A stretch of 64,000 bases of DNA from a virus (taxonomy: Duplodnaviria > Caudoviricetes). The stretch is taken from the IMG/VR virus record IMGVR_UViG_3300028197_001558, positions 1,276 through 65,275 of that record; one strand, written 5' to 3'. Below the pieces are notes generated by a model, which did not search any database, was not told the origin of the DNA, and worked only from the letters and a program-made list of their open reading frames with translations. Of this stretch, positions 34,090 to 43,140 are shown one piece after another. The position numbers were made by a program, and so were the translations under genes. Positions within the stretch are counted from its first letter, which is position 1; the number at the start of each line of letters is the position of its first letter.

Positions 34090-34458
34090 ATGAAACTTAC
34101 AAAAGAAGCCTTAAGGCAAATTATCAAAGAAGAGTTGCAAAACTCAATACAAGAAGCGGAGACTGGCTCTTTAGCAGACGTTTTAGACTTCCCAGAATGG
34201 CAAAATCTCGCAGACGATTTGGGATCTAAATTACTCCAACTTGGAAACTTTATGGAACAAAGAGCATCAGCGGCTGCTGGTGATGACATGGGTTTCTCAT
34301 TTGGCGAAGAAGCATCAGATTCGGAAGTTCAAGTATTCTACAAGATGGCTTTAGCAAGAAAAAAAGAGACTCAAGCAATCCGTGATTTTCTAGAGCCAGA
34401 TATTTTCCTAAACAATAAGCAAACCTTGCTGGAATTCCTACAAAACAAGGGTCTATAG
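34090..34458 (+). CDS. Class-A leader cassette protein (MKLTKEALRQIIKEEL), unknown body
   Basis: Leader repeat; GGAG RBS. Confidence 0.65.
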   Translation: MKLTKEALRQIIKEELQNSIQEAETGSLADVLDFPEWQNLADDLGSKLLQLGNFMEQRASAAAGDDMGFSFGEEASDSEVQVFYKMALARKKETQAIRDFLEPDIFLNNKQTLLEFLQNKGL

Positions 34459-34478
34459 AACTAATCTAAACTTTCTAC

Positions 34479-34507
34479 TTGACAAACCTTTAATAACGAG
34501 TTATCTT
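34479..34507 (+). promoter_or_regulatory. sigma70-type promoter for primase
   Basis: TTGACA-17 nt-TATCTT followed by AGGAGG RBS. Confidence 0.75.
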
Positions 34508-34523
34508 ATTAAAGGAGGACATT

Positions 34524-35459
34524 ATGATCGAGAACAAAAGAAAAATTGTAACCCAAGTTCTTGGGAGTTACTATCAGAAGGGTGATGAGCATTTATACCA
34601 TTGCCCTTATTGCAATCACCACAAAAAGAAAATGTCGGTGAACTTCGCAAACGGCTACTGGAAATGCTGGATTTGTGATGCAAGAGGCAAGAACATTTAC
34701 CGAATTGTAAGAAAGTTCGGCACCTACCAGCAACGACAAAAGTATCTTGAATTACAAGGACGTCTTGATCTAAACGAGTTCGACAATCTGTTCAGGGAAC
34801 TTAACAACATTGAAGAGAAGCAGCACATTGACTTGCCCGAAGAGTTCATCTCATTGTGTAACAAAGACTTGCCTATCGAGACAACGGACGCATTCCGCTA
34901 TCTGTCCTCTAGAGGCATTGGTCGAAGAGAAATATTAAAATGGAAAATTGGCTATTGTAAGGAGGGTCGTTATGCAGGAAGAATTATTATACCGTCGTTT
35001 GACATGGATGGAGATTGCAATTACTTCATCGCTCGCAGTTACGTTGGGCATTCTTATAGGTACCTCAACCCTCCAGCGGATCGTGACATCGTTTTTAATG
35101 AATTGATGATTGACTGGGATGAACCAATCGTTCTTGTCGAAGGTGTCTTTGATGCCATCGCAGCAGGAGAGAACGCCATCCCAATCCTCGGCTCAACCCT
35201 TAGGGAGCAGTCACGCTTGTTCCAAGCAATTGCTATTCACGACACACCAGTCTACATGGCTCTTGACTATGACGCCGAGAAGAAGGCCGAATGGATCATT
35301 AAGTCCCTACTTAAGTATGACCTCGAAGTTTTCAAAATTCCAATCGACGAAGAAGATGTTGGAGAAATGGGCGAGAAAGAGTTTAAAGAAAGACTACTTA
35401 GTGCTAGACAAATAAAGAATGAAATGTATTTCTTTGAACAAATGTTGGAGAACATCTAA
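34524..35459 (+). CDS. DNA primase (zinc finger plus TOPRIM; T4 gp61/DnaG-like)
   Basis: CPYC...CWIC zinc ribbon; RIIIP; VLVEGVFDA and ALDYDA TOPRIM motifs. Confidence 0.92.
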   Translation: MIENKRKIVTQVLGSYYQKGDEHLYHCPYCNHHKKKMSVNFANGYWKCWICDARGKNIYRIVRKFGTYQQRQKYLELQGRLDLNEFDNLFRELNNIEEKQHIDLPEEFISLCNKDLPIETTDAFRYLSSRGIGRREILKWKIGYCKEGRYAGRIIIPSFDMDGDCNYFIARSYVGHSYRYLNPPADRDIVFNELMIDWDEPIVLVEGVFDAIAAGENAIPILGSTLREQSRLFQAIAIHDTPVYMALDYDAEKKAEWIIKSLLKYDLEVFKIPIDEEDVGEMGEKEFKERLLSARQIKNEMYFFEQMLENI

Positions 35460-35899
35460 TGAAACTAACGGAAGCAAAATTAAAGCAATTAATCAACGAA
35501 ACCTTGGAGATTACAAACCAAGAAAGAAAAATTGCAGACCTCTTAACTAGTTCGGCTGATGACGCAAACCTAGGATTGTCTTTCATAGAGTCTCTAGGAA
35601 TGACACCGCACATTCGAAGGCAAAGAACTGGACCACACTTAGGCTATCCAAAGAGTAGACTAGAGCAGCCATATGAAATAATGAAAAATGTAAATCATCT
35701 TCAAATCACAGAATCTCTTTATGAGGCAATCGTTGAAGAATCAAAAAACAAGAGAATCTATGTGGATTCTACTGTTTCCGGAATGATTGTCAATACTCAA
35801 GATGTTAGAATTTATTTAAATAATATAGACAAATCTCGTGTTAGAGATGGATATTATGGAGTTATTCAAGTGCAAATCGATGAGCGAGTTAGCGCATAA
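35459..35899 (+). CDS. Class-A leader cassette protein (MKLTEAKLKQLINETLE)
   Basis: Leader repeat; TAATG overlap with primase stop. Confidence 0.65.
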   Translation: MKLTEAKLKQLINETLEITNQERKIADLLTSSADDANLGLSFIESLGMTPHIRRQRTGPHLGYPKSRLEQPYEIMKNVNHLQITESLYEAIVEESKNKRIYVDSTVSGMIVNTQDVRIYLNNIDKSRVRDGYYGVIQVQIDERVSA

Positions 35900-35941
35900 T
35901 ATTAAAGGGCGCCTAATTATTATTGTAAAGCGGAGTCTTTT

Positions 35942-36841
35942 ATGATATTAGCATTTCTTCTCGCATGCGGAGGAGACATTGGCATCAGGCAGGTTGACAA
36001 AATTCCTTCCAACCCTGACACAGCGACAACAATAGTTGACACATCTCCCTCAGATCCATCTAGCGAACCAGCTATAGAACCTGCCGGAGAACCGTCTACT
36101 GAGCCTTTAAACGGCACTGTTGGACTCACTAGGTACACTCTAGAGCAACTAGCATGCCCAGCATGTATGGGAGCAAGTCAAGAGATTACTGTTTTGTTCG
36201 AGACTAAATTACATAATAAAATTAGTGAAGAACATCCACTTTGGTTCCCTCCTATGGAGCAGTGTACCACAAACACAAATCCAATAGAAATCAGCGTCTC
36301 TCCAATAAATGTTGGACAGTCTCTGAGCATACAAGGGTCGATGAATTCTTTCACGGCTTACAACAACGGTATGGGGCTGTACTCGAGCTATTTACAAGAG
36401 TGGCAATACGACAGAAATACTAGTATGACTGTCAACATGCAAGACAATACATCCTACTCGTTTCGCTCCATCCAAGGTTTTGATGAGATACAACCGCTAG
36501 AACTTAGATATGTTGATCCTTCGTATGCCTTTGCTGCTGTTGTCTCTAAATTTGGAACGACATTTTCATGGTTACCCGCAGGTGTGTCTGATGAGTTCAA
36601 TGTTATGATAGCAACCTACTCTCCTGATGGCTCGCAGCTTTTAGGTGTGATTTCCTGTACTGTACCAGATACTGGTTTTATGAATTTTGATGGAAGCTAC
36701 TTTCAGTCTTATCCGACTTGGTCATTGGCTGCAATATATTTAACAAGGATATCGAAACAAAGAGTTCCATATGCAGGCTTAAACGGGTACATTGACATCC
36801 AGCTTGAGTGGACTGTTGTTGGCACCGGCCATATCGAATAA
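35942..36841 (+). CDS. Putative lipoprotein
   Basis: Very short signal with lipobox (MILAFLLA-C), Pro/Ser/Glu linker PSSEPAIEPAGEPSTEP, CPAC motif; GGAG RBS. Confidence 0.65.
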   Translation: MILAFLLACGGDIGIRQVDKIPSNPDTATTIVDTSPSDPSSEPAIEPAGEPSTEPLNGTVGLTRYTLEQLACPACMGASQEITVLFETKLHNKISEEHPLWFPPMEQCTTNTNPIEISVSPINVGQSLSIQGSMNSFTAYNNGMGLYSSYLQEWQYDRNTSMTVNMQDNTSYSFRSIQGFDEIQPLELRYVDPSYAFAAVVSKFGTTFSWLPAGVSDEFNVMIATYSPDGSQLLGVISCTVPDTGFMNFDGSYFQSYPTWSLAAIYLTRISKQRVPYAGLNGYIDIQLEWTVVGTGHIE

Positions 36842-36883
36842 TTTCAATAGCACTCGATACTATATATTGGTGGAGGGTTTTAC

Positions 36884-37090
36884 TTGAAAGAGATCAAAGT
36901 CGGAAGTCTAGTGATATTTTTAGACATTTTTCAAAGCGATTCAATCCCAAACGTTGGCATTGTTTTGGAAGTCATCGATTTCGACGAACTAATCGGAGAT
37001 TTTTACGGCTCGGAAGTTGTTTGGTACGCTGTTTTGTTTGGAGAAGTCGACATGGTTGTGTCATCTGAAATGATTATCTTGCTTAGTTAA
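36884..37090 (+). CDS. Small hypothetical protein (possibly SH3-like), TTG start
   Basis: GGAGG RBS; IKVGSLV..GIVLEV pattern. Confidence 0.5.
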   Translation: MKEIKVGSLVIFLDIFQSDSIPNVGIVLEVIDFDELIGDFYGSEVVWYAVLFGEVDMVVSSEMIILLS

Positions 37091-37091
37091 C

Positions 37092-37120
37092 TTGACAAGT
37101 TATACTTAACATGTTATATT
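37092..37120 (+). promoter_or_regulatory. sigma70-type promoter
   Basis: TTGACA-17 nt-TATATT with TG extension; AGGAGG RBS downstream. Confidence 0.75.
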
Positions 37121-37144
37121 ATCTTATACAATAGGAGGTATGAC

Positions 37145-37465
37145 ATGAATAAATTTATAGACGACGCCGTAAAAAAAGGTTACGAGTTTATTGTAATAGA
37201 GCCGCAAGAGTGCTACAACGATTCGATAGTGGCTTTTGATAGAGGAAGATTAGTTTATGATACAGAGAAGCTAATGGACCGTACACGCGTGTATTACGAG
37301 TGGGAGTATGAAACTGCTATCGAGTGGTTTGAGTATAACACCATGTCTCTCACATATATGAAGGGTGGTCCACTTTTTTTTGAAGAAGATGAAGAATTTT
37401 ACTTGACACATGACAGTGAACGTGTTACATTAGAAGTACGAAACAAAATCCTGGAGGATAAATGA
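37145..37465 (+). CDS. Hypothetical protein
   Basis: Own promoter and AGGAGG RBS; AIEWFEYNT motif. Confidence 0.65.
   Translation: MNKFIDDAVKKGYEFIVIEPQECYNDSIVAFDRGRLVYDTEKLMDRTRVYYEWEYETAIEWFEYNTMSLTYMKGGPLFFEEDEEFYLTHDSERVTLEVRNKILEDK
37403..37431 (+). promoter_or_regulatory. sigma70-type promoter inside the upstream gene, serving the SbcDC fusion
   Basis: TTGACA-17 nt-TACATT with TG extension, 30 nt before ATG 37462. Confidence 0.65.
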
Positions 37466-40400
37466 AACGAATTGCACACATATCAGATACACATATTAGA
37501 AACCTTAAGTACCACGAAGAGTACCGACATGTTTTTAAGCAAATCTATGACTCTTTGAAACAAGAGTCTCCGGACTATATTGTCCATACCGGTGACTTGG
37601 CTCACACAAAAACACAACTATCACCAGAGTACTTTGAAGTCGCTTCAAATTTCTTAAGGTCTTTAGCGGACATAGCTCCCACTATCATGATCTTAGGTAA
37701 TCATGACGGAAACTTAAAGAACGGAGACCGTCAAGACGCCGTTACTCCAATCATCGAAGCCCTGCAGCATCCAAACTTTACTTTGCTGAAAAACTCTGGA
37801 GAGTATTCTCCGGAGCCAGGACTGACTTTTAATGTCCTCTCTGTTTTCGACAGAGACAATTGGCAGAGACCGTCTAATGACAAATCAATTAATATTGCAA
37901 TGTATCATGGTTCAATCATGGGCTCTGAATTAAATTCTGAATATGCAATGGATCACGGAGAAGATGACATAACCATCTTTGAGTCATTCGACTACGCAAT
38001 GTTGGGTGACATCCACAGAACTCAATATCTAGATCCAGATAAGAAAGTATGGTATGCAGGCTCTACTGTGCAGCAAAACTTTGGAGAGTCAAAGTTGAAA
38101 GGTTACTTGATGTGGAACATCCACGACAAAGACAAGCACACCGTTGAAAAGCGTTTGTTTCAATCTCCACGTCCTTTTATAACAGTCAGGCTTAACAGAG
38201 ACGGTACGCTACCAAAAGAGATTGTACCAAAAGGATCTAGATTAAGGCTTGTCTGTGAACATAATTTGCCGATTGCAAAACTAAAAAGAGCATGTGATTA
38301 TGCAAAAGTTAAGTGGGATTGCTTCTCTGTTAGCTTTGTTAACAATTATTCAGGTCCACACTCCTCCGTTAAGGTTGCTACAGGCAAAGCCATTAACATG
38401 AGGGACGAGAAGAATCAAGAAAAGTTTCTTCGTGAGTACATGGAGAACAAAGAAATAAGCTCTGATGTTAGAGAAAGGGTGGTAGAACTATCTCGAGAAT
38501 ACCTAAAAAAGATATCCGTAGATGATATTTCTAGAAATGTTGTATGGGATTTAAAGAAAATGGAGTGGAACTACCTATTTAACTACGGTAAAGGCAATTC
38601 TATTGATTTCAGCAAGCTAAATGGCTTAGTTGGAATATTCGGAAAGAACTACTCGGGCAAGTCTTCAATCATTGACGCAGCCCTATTCGGCCTATTTAAT
38701 GACACTTCCAAAGGAGAAAGAAAGAATGTCCATATCATCAATCAAAACCAAGAAAAAGCTCTTTGTAAGCTCGAGATCGCTGTCGGTGATGATCTATACA
38801 AAATTAGCAGATCGATCGAAAGAACCAAAAGCTCTGCAAAAACAGATCTAGACTTCACTAAAGTATCGCTTGGCGTCCACTCCGAATCAAAGAATGGCGA
38901 GACAAGAAACAAAACAGACGAAGAGATCCAAAAGAAATTTGGTACAATGTCTGACTTTCTAATGACGTCTCTCGCTGCTCAGAATGATTCTTTTGGCTTT
39001 ATCAACGAGGGTTCAACAAAGCGCAAAGAGATACTTGCAAAATTCTTAGACCTTCAAGTGTTTGACCAAATGCACAAGTTAGCCAAGGCAGATTCCTCAG
39101 AGTTGCGTGGAGTGATCAAGCACCTGAATTCAGCTGAGTCCGAAAAGAAACTTAAGAGAGCACAAGGTGAATTATCCGAGATTCTTGAAGACATACAAAT
39201 TCAAAAAGACTCTTGCGACAAGCATCGAGCTAGATTGGAAATACTTATAAAAGAACAAGATATGATTAATAATCAGGTAAGTGCAGCTTCTCAGCGTGAA
39301 ATCGATATCGAAAGCTTAAAAAGTCAAAAATCCAAGACCGAGAAGGCTCTCTCTAGAGCGTCTAGTAAAAAACTAGACCTAGAGCAAAGGGTAGAGGTCA
39401 TGAGTGCACAGATCGAAGATATGGCCTTTGAACTAACATCCATGGCTTTAAACGCAGACTCTGCAGCCGTTAAATTAGAGGCTGTTGAGATGCACAAGAA
39501 AGATATAGGCATTCAAAAAAAGAAGGTTGAGAAGACAGATAGGCAAAGTAAAGCTTTACAATCTAAAATTGACTTGCTCCACGACCATGAATATGATCCG
39601 GATTGTGAGTACTGCTCCAACAACGAGTTTGTAAAGCAAGCAGAACAAGCAAAGATAGACATCGTCTCTCTAGCACAAAATCTGGAAGACTATATGGATA
39701 AGCTAGCGTTGATGGAAAAAAGCTTGAAAGATTATGACGTAGATTCCTTAGAGTCTTGCGTGAGAGAGCACAAAGAGACAGACAAAAGGCATCGCAATCT
39801 TCTAAACGAAAGCAAGTTTGAAAAGCTTGAGTTAGAAAACGCCATATCATCTATTGAAATCAATACAAACAAGCTGAGCAATATTGAAGCTGACATCTTG
39901 TACTATAATGAAAACATTGAAGCATATGAAAATCTTGTGTCTCTTCGACGCGACTTGGTAGCAATTAATAAAACAGTTGATATTAAGAAGGGAGAGATCA
40001 AGAAGTGTGACGATAAGGTTCTGGAGTACATGTCAGAAAAAGGATCTGCTACTAGGACAATTGAGGAGTGTAAGGAAAACATTACGAAAATCAAAGAAGC
40101 AGAGAGAGACTATATTGCTTACGATATTTTCGTACAATCAACTCATCCTAACGGAATCTCTTATGAAGTGATCAAGTCAATGCTGCCTGTAATCAATGGT
40201 GAAATTCAAAAGATTTTGGCATCAATTGTAGACTTCAAAGTATTCTTTGCTGATGAAGGAAGTAAGTTGGAAATTTACTTACAACATCCAAAGTATGATC
40301 CTCGACCGTTGTCAATGGGGTCTGGTGCTGAGAAGACAATTGCTTCCATGGCTGTTCGTCTAGCTCTAGTTTCTGTATCTTCTTTGCCAAAGTCGCAAGT

Positions 40401-40590
40401 GTTTATCTTAGATGAACCTGCAACTGCATTGGACGCTGACCATATGGAAGGCTTCACAAGATTGTTGCAGATGATCAAGACTCAATTCAAGACTGTTTTG
40501 TTGATTACCCACCTCGAATCTCTTAAGGATGTTGTCGATACAACGATTGAAATAGACAAAGTTGATGGATATGCTCAGGTCAATTTGTAG
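37462..40590 (+). CDS. Fused Mre11/SbcD nuclease-Rad50/SbcC ATPase (T4 gp47-gp46-like)
   Basis: N-terminal SDTH, TGD, GNHD, GDIH, YAGS phosphoesterase motifs; Walker A GKNYSGKS; coiled coil with CEYC zinc hook; SGAE signature, Walker B FILDEP, ITH. Confidence 0.92.
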   Translation: MKRIAHISDTHIRNLKYHEEYRHVFKQIYDSLKQESPDYIVHTGDLAHTKTQLSPEYFEVASNFLRSLADIAPTIMILGNHDGNLKNGDRQDAVTPIIEALQHPNFTLLKNSGEYSPEPGLTFNVLSVFDRDNWQRPSNDKSINIAMYHGSIMGSELNSEYAMDHGEDDITIFESFDYAMLGDIHRTQYLDPDKKVWYAGSTVQQNFGESKLKGYLMWNIHDKDKHTVEKRLFQSPRPFITVRLNRDGTLPKEIVPKGSRLRLVCEHNLPIAKLKRACDYAKVKWDCFSVSFVNNYSGPHSSVKVATGKAINMRDEKNQEKFLREYMENKEISSDVRERVVELSREYLKKISVDDISRNVVWDLKKMEWNYLFNYGKGNSIDFSKLNGLVGIFGKNYSGKSSIIDAALFGLFNDTSKGERKNVHIINQNQEKALCKLEIAVGDDLYKISRSIERTKSSAKTDLDFTKVSLGVHSESKNGETRNKTDEEIQKKFGTMSDFLMTSLAAQNDSFGFINEGSTKRKEILAKFLDLQVFDQMHKLAKADSSELRGVIKHLNSAESEKKLKRAQGELSEILEDIQIQKDSCDKHRARLEILIKEQDMINNQVSAASQREIDIESLKSQKSKTEKALSRASSKKLDLEQRVEVMSAQIEDMAFELTSMALNADSAAVKLEAVEMHKKDIGIQKKKVEKTDRQSKALQSKIDLLHDHEYDPDCEYCSNNEFVKQAEQAKIDIVSLAQNLEDYMDKLALMEKSLKDYDVDSLESCVREHKETDKRHRNLLNESKFEKLELENAISSIEINTNKLSNIEADILYYNENIEAYENLVSLRRDLVAINKTVDIKKGEIKKCDDKVLEYMSEKGSATRTIEECKENITKIKEAERDYIAYDIFVQSTHPNGISYEVIKSMLPVINGEIQKILASIVDFKVFFADEGSKLEIYLQHPKYDPRPLSMGSGAEKTIASMAVRLALVSVSSLPKSQVFILDEPATALDADHMEGFTRLLQMIKTQFKTVLLITHLESLKDVVDTTIEIDKVDGYAQVNL

Positions 40591-40628
40591 TTGTAATGAC
40601 TATTTAGTTCTAAAATAGGAGATCTATT

Positions 40629-40931
40629 ATGGGACTTAAAGAAGAATTGGCTGAAAAGCTTGCAGGCATTGACTGCAAAGACAAAATTAAAGAGACTCTG
40701 GATGAGCACAAAGATGACATTCAGAGAGCTCTTTATCTTGACAGAAAAGACAAAGGAGTATTCGATGCAGTTCAGGAGAAGGTTATTTCTCGCAAGCTGC
40801 TTGTATTTGGTGTGGCTACTGGGCTACTTTATTGGGGCGCAGGTCTTGATGCCGATACTTGGGGCATGATTGCAATGACTTACATTGGCGGACAAACAGC
40901 GATTGACTTCGCAAAAGTTTGGAGAGGCTAA
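40629..40931 (+). CDS. Putative holin-like membrane protein
   Basis: SRKLLVFGVATGLLYW and WGMIAMTYIGGQ hydrophobic segments; AGGAG RBS. Confidence 0.5.
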   Translation: MGLKEELAEKLAGIDCKDKIKETLDEHKDDIQRALYLDRKDKGVFDAVQEKVISRKLLVFGVATGLLYWGAGLDADTWGMIAMTYIGGQTAIDFAKVWRG

Positions 40932-41269
40932 TGCTCAACTGGCTTAAAGATAAGTGGGAATTCGTAGCAGCAGGTATAACTGTTGTTGCGGTTTTCCTGC
41001 TTGGCCGTAAAGGCAAGAGTGCGGCCGATAGAAAGGTTGAATTAAAAGAAAAAGAAATTGACGTTGTAAGCAAAGCTAATGAAAAAGAGCTCGCTGCAAC
41101 AAAGGCTGCTGCCGACAAGCATGTTAAAGAAATAATAAACATCCATGCTGACGCAGAGCGGAAACTAAAACAAGCGGAAGAAGACAGAGACAATCTCGTA
41201 CGAGAATTGGTCAACGACCCTAACGCTATTGACAAAAAGATTAAAGAACTAGGTATCAAGGAGATCTAA
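40931..41269 (+). CDS. Membrane-anchored coiled-coil protein, i-spanin (Rz)-like
   Basis: N-terminal TM helix then charged coiled coil; TAATG overlap gives start at 40931. Confidence 0.45.
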   Translation: MLNWLKDKWEFVAAGITVVAVFLLGRKGKSAADRKVELKEKEIDVVSKANEKELAATKAAADKHVKEIINIHADAERKLKQAEEDRDNLVRELVNDPNAIDKKIKELGIKEI

Positions 41270-41673
41270 TGTTTTTTCTACTTATGGCTTTGGCTAGTGC
41301 CGACCCATTGATTACAAAGGTCGATGTAGGCGACAGAGCGCCTTTCGAGGGTAGACTATTCAATGATGAGGCCGTGGCTATTGTGCTGGCTGACTCTGAA
41401 CTAGCAGTCCAACAGTGTGAGATAAGAAAAGATCTTGAATGGAAGACGCAGTTGTCAACACTTCAATATGATCACGACACTCTCAGTGCGAAACACGACT
41501 CTCTAGAGTTCAAACACACAGAGTTGATTGCTATTAAAGACGAAGAGATTGACTTGTTGCAAAGGCACTCGAGTCCTCAAAGAGGCATGTGGATGTTCTT
41601 AGGTGGCTTTACAATTGGCACCGCTTCGTCTCTTGCGACTTACTACGCTGTTAATCAAATATCGGAGAACTAA
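41269..41673 (+). CDS. Secreted coiled-coil protein with C-terminal TM segment (possible spanin partner)
   Basis: Signal MFFLLMALASA-DP, central coiled coil, C-terminal WMFLGGFTIG..YYAV. Confidence 0.4.
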   Translation: MFFLLMALASADPLITKVDVGDRAPFEGRLFNDEAVAIVLADSELAVQQCEIRKDLEWKTQLSTLQYDHDTLSAKHDSLEFKHTELIAIKDEEIDLLQRHSSPQRGMWMFLGGFTIGTASSLATYYAVNQISEN

Positions 41674-42041
41674 TGAGCAAAGATCCAAACTACGCTGTAA
41701 AGGTTGAGAAAGCCATAGCAGAAAGATACGGCAAAGAAGCCGTAGTAAATCCTAAGTCAGAATGGGATGATGACAAAGAAAAAGAATATCTAGCCGAGCT
41801 GAAAAGCAACTATCGCCATGGCAAATCCGAAACTGAAAGAGTTGAAATTGGTGGAGTTTTAATCTCGGAAGAACTACTTAATAGAGAATCCGAGCGTTCA
41901 TGCCCCACTTGTAACACTTATTCATTCAAATCCGTCGATGATCTTTACATGACAAAATTTGATTGTTGCTACAAATGTTACATCCAGTGGATAGAGGGTC
42001 GAGAAGAAAGATGGAAAAAAGGTTGGAGACCAAACAAATGA
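41673..42041 (+). CDS. Hypothetical protein with Zn-finger-like cysteines
   Basis: CPTC...CCYKC, WRP terminus; TAATG coupling. Confidence 0.6.
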   Translation: MSKDPNYAVKVEKAIAERYGKEAVVNPKSEWDDDKEKEYLAELKSNYRHGKSETERVEIGGVLISEELLNRESERSCPTCNTYSFKSVDDLYMTKFDCCYKCYIQWIEGREERWKKGWRPNK

Positions 42042-42589
42042 AACTTACAAAAGAAACACTTAAACGAATCATTAAAGAAGAACTTGATGCTGTTATGAAC
42101 GAAGAAGCGACGCCCGAGTTAGATTTGCCTCAACAAGATGCTAAAAAAGCATTACAGGTGGCAAAAGCTACAAAAGATACGCCTAAAATGCAAGCAATTT
42201 TTGATAGACTTGAAAAAGATCCTAAGTTTATGCAAGCAATTGATCAAATGAAACGAGAAATGTCTTCAACGAACGAGGGTATGGAAGCCCCCGAAGGTTA
42301 TAGGGAAGTTCCGGGAGAATCTTCAAGTGATCCGTCTGCTGGAATGGCAATGCTTGGATCCATGGTAGGTTCTGTAGCAGGATGGAAAGTTCTGTATACA
42401 TCTGGTGGAGCAGCTGCGGTTGCAGCCCTAGCACCACACTATGGATCAGATCTTGCCACTGCAGGTGTTGTCGGCGCCGCAGTAGCCGCTCCAATACTTT
42501 TAGGATTTATACTTGATAGAGTCGGTGATGCTGCAACAGGTGGCAACTGGAATCCAGAGATAATAAAGAAACCAGAGGGGATAAGATGA
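42038..42589 (+). CDS. Class-A leader cassette protein (MKLTKETLKRIIKEEL) with hydrophobic Gly/Ala-rich C-terminal half
   Basis: Likely start at ATGA overlap 42038 rather than 41963; leader repeat. Confidence 0.65.
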   Translation: MKLTKETLKRIIKEELDAVMNEEATPELDLPQQDAKKALQVAKATKDTPKMQAIFDRLEKDPKFMQAIDQMKREMSSTNEGMEAPEGYREVPGESSSDPSAGMAMLGSMVGSVAGWKVLYTSGGAAAVAALAPHYGSDLATAGVVGAAVAAPILLGFILDRVGDAATGGNWNPEIIKKPEGIR

Positions 42590-43140
42590 GCAAAGAAACA
42601 TTGGAAATTATACAGGGACTATCGCAAGCTGCTGCAAATGCTTACGACGGTTCCCATGACGAGAGATTTACTCTCGATGGACAAACAAAGCAGGTAGGTT
42701 TACAAAGAGAATCTGGTTGCCCACTTATAGACAAGAGAGTGATCGATGGGTTCTCCGTTAAGTTCTATGCGGACTCAATGATCATCAACTATCAAAGTGA
42801 CGTCAGAATGAAAGAGCTTAAAGATAACAGTTTTGAGAACGATATTGTCAAAACAATCAATGAAGTTAAGAAATTTCTACAGAAAGAGTACAAGGCAGTT
42901 ACCGGCAAGTCAGTTTCTTTGACGGCCAAAGGTGAGCCGAATATCCTCGTGCAAGCAACTTCTAGATATAGAACGTTCGTACAAGCATATCAGCACTATA
43001 AAATCGGTGGACTGAAGATGGATCAAATTAATGCACCATCAGAAGATCCTACTCGAGATATTACAAAGAAATTTTTGAAAGCAGCGAAAGCAAAGCGACC
43101 TCAAAATGAAAAAATTAAAGCTTCGGACAATCAGAAATGA
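42586..43140 (+). CDS. Hypothetical protein upstream of terminase
   Basis: ATGA couplings at both ends; starts MSKETL. Confidence 0.65.
   Translation: MSKETLEIIQGLSQAAANAYDGSHDERFTLDGQTKQVGLQRESGCPLIDKRVIDGFSVKFYADSMIINYQSDVRMKELKDNSFENDIVKTINEVKKFLQKEYKAVTGKSVSLTAKGEPNILVQATSRYRTFVQAYQHYKIGGLKMDQINAPSEDPTRDITKKFLKAAKAKRPQNEKIKASDNQK

Noticed and set aside
41963-42037. Longer N-terminus of the 41963 ORF
   Set aside because: Overlaps the upstream gene; the leader and ATGA coupling point to 42038
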